13,028 nucleotides of DNA from Salpingoeca rosetta. Lineage: Eukaryota > Protista > Choanoflagellata. The DNA is taken from positions 759,657-772,684 of the forward strand of contig JAWQFM010000010.1 in the NCBI GenBank assembly GCA_033442325.1. The letters run 5' to 3'. Below are positions 10,726 to 13,028 of this stretch, one piece after another (position 1 is the first letter of the stretch; each line of letters begins with the position of its first letter). The notes under the pieces were generated by a model, which saw only the letters and a program-made list of their open reading frames with translations, was not told the origin of the DNA and made no database searches. The position numbers and the translations under genes are program-made.

Positions 10726-11282
10726 TGTTGAGAGTCAGTGAGTTTCTGTTTTGTGTTGAGTCCTTCCTAATTTGCCTTCTCATGTGGTTTTGTCTTGTTT
10801 GCCAACAACACCTGCTTTGTGGTTTTTCCGTTGGCAAACATTCCTTCCTCTCTGCTGGCATGCATGTGTGCCAACTGCCTCTCCTCTCCTGCTTCCCCTG
10901 CACACGTGAGTTGTGTGCCATGTGTGTGTGTGTGTGTGCATGCCCGTCATGCTTGGCAAATGCTATGCCTGCGTGCCATGTAGTGTTGTGAAGTGTTGTC
11001 TGTTGTGCATGCTTGCCTGCAAGCATTCATGCCATGCCTAGCATTGCTCTGCGCGCATGTATGCATGCTGCTCATTGTTTAGATTGTTTGTGTTCGTGCA
11101 CACTCTGCCCATGTCGCCTTGACAGCGTCATTGACTGTGTGTGCACTTGTCTTGTATTCGTTTGAGCGTGCTGCCCGAGTTGATTTGGCAGCAGCTTGTT
11201 GTGCTTGTTCATTCTCCTTGTGTTCTTGTTTGTTGCGTTTGCCTACAGTAAACACACACACACCACCTGTCGTGTTTCTACA
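10726..11282 (+). repeat. Family A LTR (5' LTR of A2), 557 bp
   Basis: TGTTGAGA...TTTCTACA. Reverse complement of 11731-12278 at high identity by eye. Confidence 0.92.
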
Positions 11283-11297
11283 GATTATGAGACCCAG
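11283..11297 (+). promoter_or_regulatory. Primer-binding site of half-tRNA-Met type (GATTATGAGACCCAG)
   Basis: Abuts the LTR terminal CA. The reverse complement GTCTCATAATC contains a CAT anticodon loop in the same register as the copia/Ty5-type PBS GGTTATGGGCC. Confidence 0.8.
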
Positions 11298-11405
11298 CCA
11301 CTCCTGATCATCATCGCCACTTGTCTCACACTCGCTTGTGCTTCTTCTCTCCCTTCTGCTTGTTCCCCTCTCTTGTTTCTCCATCACCTTTCTTGAGCGT
11401 GCAGT

Positions 11406-11735
11406 ATGTCTGACCCGTCGGACCACGTCGTTTCCACGCCAGGATTCAAGATGGACCTGCCCAAGTTCTCTGGCTCGCCCGGCACCTTTCATGCGTGGAG
11501 CATTCGCATGAAGATGGCGCTCAAGCTGCGCGGCGACGACGTCTGGGCAGCTGTGGAGGCAGGAGCATCGTCATCGGGAGGTCCAAGTTCAGCGACACGC
11601 TCAAGTGCAAGGAGACCGACAGCAGGCGATCACGCCAACCTCACCGCTGCAAACCTCATCGCGTCCACGCTCTCAGGCTACCCCCTTCTCCTCTTCACCA
11701 ACGGAGAAGCAGACGTCAACGCCGGCCAAATGTAG
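11406..11735 (+). CDS. gag: Copia Gag N-terminus, truncated by LTR insertion (stop codon supplied by the inserted LTR)
   Basis: LPKFSGSPGTFHAWSIRMKMALKLRGDDVWAAVE fits the copia Gag N-terminal pattern (PKFxG..[YF]xxWxxRMKxxL....[LV]WxxV). The ORF begins about 110 nt after the PBS and hits LTR sequence at 11731. Confidence 0.85.
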   Translation: MSDPSDHVVSTPGFKMDLPKFSGSPGTFHAWSIRMKMALKLRGDDVWAAVEAGASSSGGPSSATRSSARRPTAGDHANLTAANLIASTLSGYPLLLFTNGEADVNAGQM

Positions 11736-12278
11736 AAACACGACAGGTGGTGTGTGTGTTTACTGTAGGCAAACGCAACAAACAAGAACACAAGGAGAAT
11801 GAACAAGCACAACAAGCTGCTGCCAAATCAACTCGGGCAGCACGCTCAAACGAATACAAGACAAGTGCACACGGTCAATGACGCTGCCAAGGCGACATGG
11901 GCAGAGAGTGCACGAACACAAACAATCTAAACAATGAGCAGCATGCATACATGCGCGCAGAGCAGTGCTAGGCATGGCATGAATGCTTGCAGGCAAGCAT
12001 ACACAACAGACAACACTTCACAACACTGCATGGCACGCAGGCATGGCATTTGCCAAGCATAACGGGCATGCACACACACACATGGCACACAACTCACGTG
12101 TGTAGGGGAAGCAGGAGAGGAGAGGCAGTTGGCACACATGCATACCAGCAGAGAGAAAGGAATGTTTGCCAACGGAAAAAACCACAAAGCAGGTGTTGTT
12201 GGCAAACAAGACAAAACCACACGAGAAGGCAAATTAGGAAGGACTTAACACAGAACAGAAACTCACTGAATCTCAACA
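11731..12278 (-). repeat. Family A LTR (3' LTR of A3), 548 bp
   Basis: Plus strand reads TGTAGAAA...TCTCAACA, i.e. TGTTGAGA...TTTCTACA on the minus strand. Same U5 end as A2. Confidence 0.92.
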
Positions 12279-13028
12279 CTCCCCCTCAACTGCCTTCCTC
12301 TGCTCCGTCTCAGCCGTCGAGGTTCCCACCAGTCGTGGCAGGTGCTGCTCGAAGGTCTGCTTGTCCAGTGCCTTGGTCAGCGCGTCGGCAACCATCTGCG
12401 TGCCGGGACAGTGCTGCAGCACAATGGTTCCGTCGGCGATGAGCTCCCGCACGAAGTGGTGGCGTACCCGGATGTGCTTCGTGCGCGGCTTGGTGACGTG
12501 GTCGTTGCCGATGGCGATGGCCGCCTGGTTATCTGTCAGCATCTTGGTGGCTCCATCCTCGGGCTCGTCGAGGTCCATGAGCAGCTGCCGCAGGAAGACG
12601 ACGTCCTGCGCTGCTGCGGAGACGGCCATGTACTCGGCCTCGGCGGTGCTCAGCGCACCCGTGGGTTGCAGCCGGCTGCTCCAAGACACAAGACAGCCGT
12701 TGATGTAGCAGGTGAAGCCCGTCGTGGAGCGGCCCGTCAGCTGGTCGGTGCCGAAGCTGGCATCGCTGTAGCACACAAGGTCCAGCGGCTGGTCCTTGCG
12801 CGTGCCGCTGCGTCGCTTGAAGAGGAGGCCGTGCTCGCTCGTCGCCTTCAGGTACCGCACGACGTGCTTGGCTGCCTGCCAGTGGACCGTCGTGTAACGG
12901 TCCATGTAACGGCAGAGCAGTCCGCACGCGAAGCTGACGTCTGGTCTCGTGCGGTTGGCCAGGTACAGGAGCGAGCCCACGAGGTTGCGGAAAGGCAGGC
13001 GTCGGTCGGGCTGCTCGCTGATGCTGGA
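12273..13028 (-). CDS. pol: Copia Pol C-terminus (RT thumb/connection and RNase H), partial
   Basis: PFRNLVGSLLYLANRTRPDVSFA, HWQAAKHVVRYLK, YSDASFG, RSTTG, VSWSSRLQ, STAEAEYMA, TDNQAAI, RTKHI, MVADALTK. Confidence 0.96.
   Translation of the reverse strand, partial: SSISEQPDRRLPFRNLVGSLLYLANRTRPDVSFACGLLCRYMDRYTTVHWQAAKHVVRYLKATSEHGLLFKRRSGTRKDQPLDLVCYSDASFGTDQLTGRSTTGFTCYINGCLVSWSSRLQPTGALSTAEAEYMAVSAAAQDVVFLRQLLMDLDEPEDGATKMLTDNQAAIAIGNDHVTKPRTKHIRVRHHFVRELIADGTIVLQHCPGTQMVADALTKALDKQTFEQHLPRLVGTSTAETEQRKAVEGEC

Larger units (their letters stand above)
10726..11730 (+). mobile_element. Ty1/copia element A2: 5' LTR, PBS, leader and gag start, interrupted at 11730/11731 by element A3
   Basis: LTR 10726-11282, PBS-like sequence directly after the terminal CA, pyrimidine-rich leader, gag ATG at 11406. 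Confidence 0.9.
11731..13028 (-). mobile_element. Ty1/copia element A3: 3' LTR, PPT and intact RT-end/RNase H; continues beyond the right edge
   Basis: LTR 11731-12278, PPT GAGGGGGAG at 12287-12279 (-), open pol frame ending in the first bases of the LTR (EGEC*, TGT TGA). Confidence 0.93.

Overview
Eukaryotic, intron-rich, microsatellite-rich DNA. The style (GT/CA-repeat introns, SH2/SH3 adaptor, compact intergenic spaces) suggests a unicellular holozoan, probably a choanoflagellate such as Salpingoeca; this is inference, not a database result. The left half (1-6.5 kb) is gene-dense, and I assembled the genes by hand from splice sites because the ORF track misses them. (i) A minus-strand CENP-T-like kinetochore gene with N-terminal TPRxLIR motifs and the start of a histone fold, running off the left edge. 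(ii) Head-to-head with it (251 bp between ATGs), a complete 7-exon GRB2-family SH3-SH2-SH3 adaptor (260 aa) with a 22-nt microexon and a Pro/Ala-rich linker. (iii) tRNA-Pro(AGG). (iv) A 4-exon signal-peptide/MRH-like/TM protein (about 253 aa). The right half (6847-13028) is a four-deep nest of Ty1/copia LTR retrotransposons from two families: A1(-) interrupted by B(-), interrupted by A2(+), interrupted by A3(-). The most notable points are the CENP-T-like gene, a primer-binding site that matches the anticodon arm of elongator rather than initiator tRNA-Met, swapped U5 ends within one LTR family, an inverted-LTR/antisense arrangement, and a consistent GU-near-donor / CA-near-acceptor polarity of intronic microsatellites.
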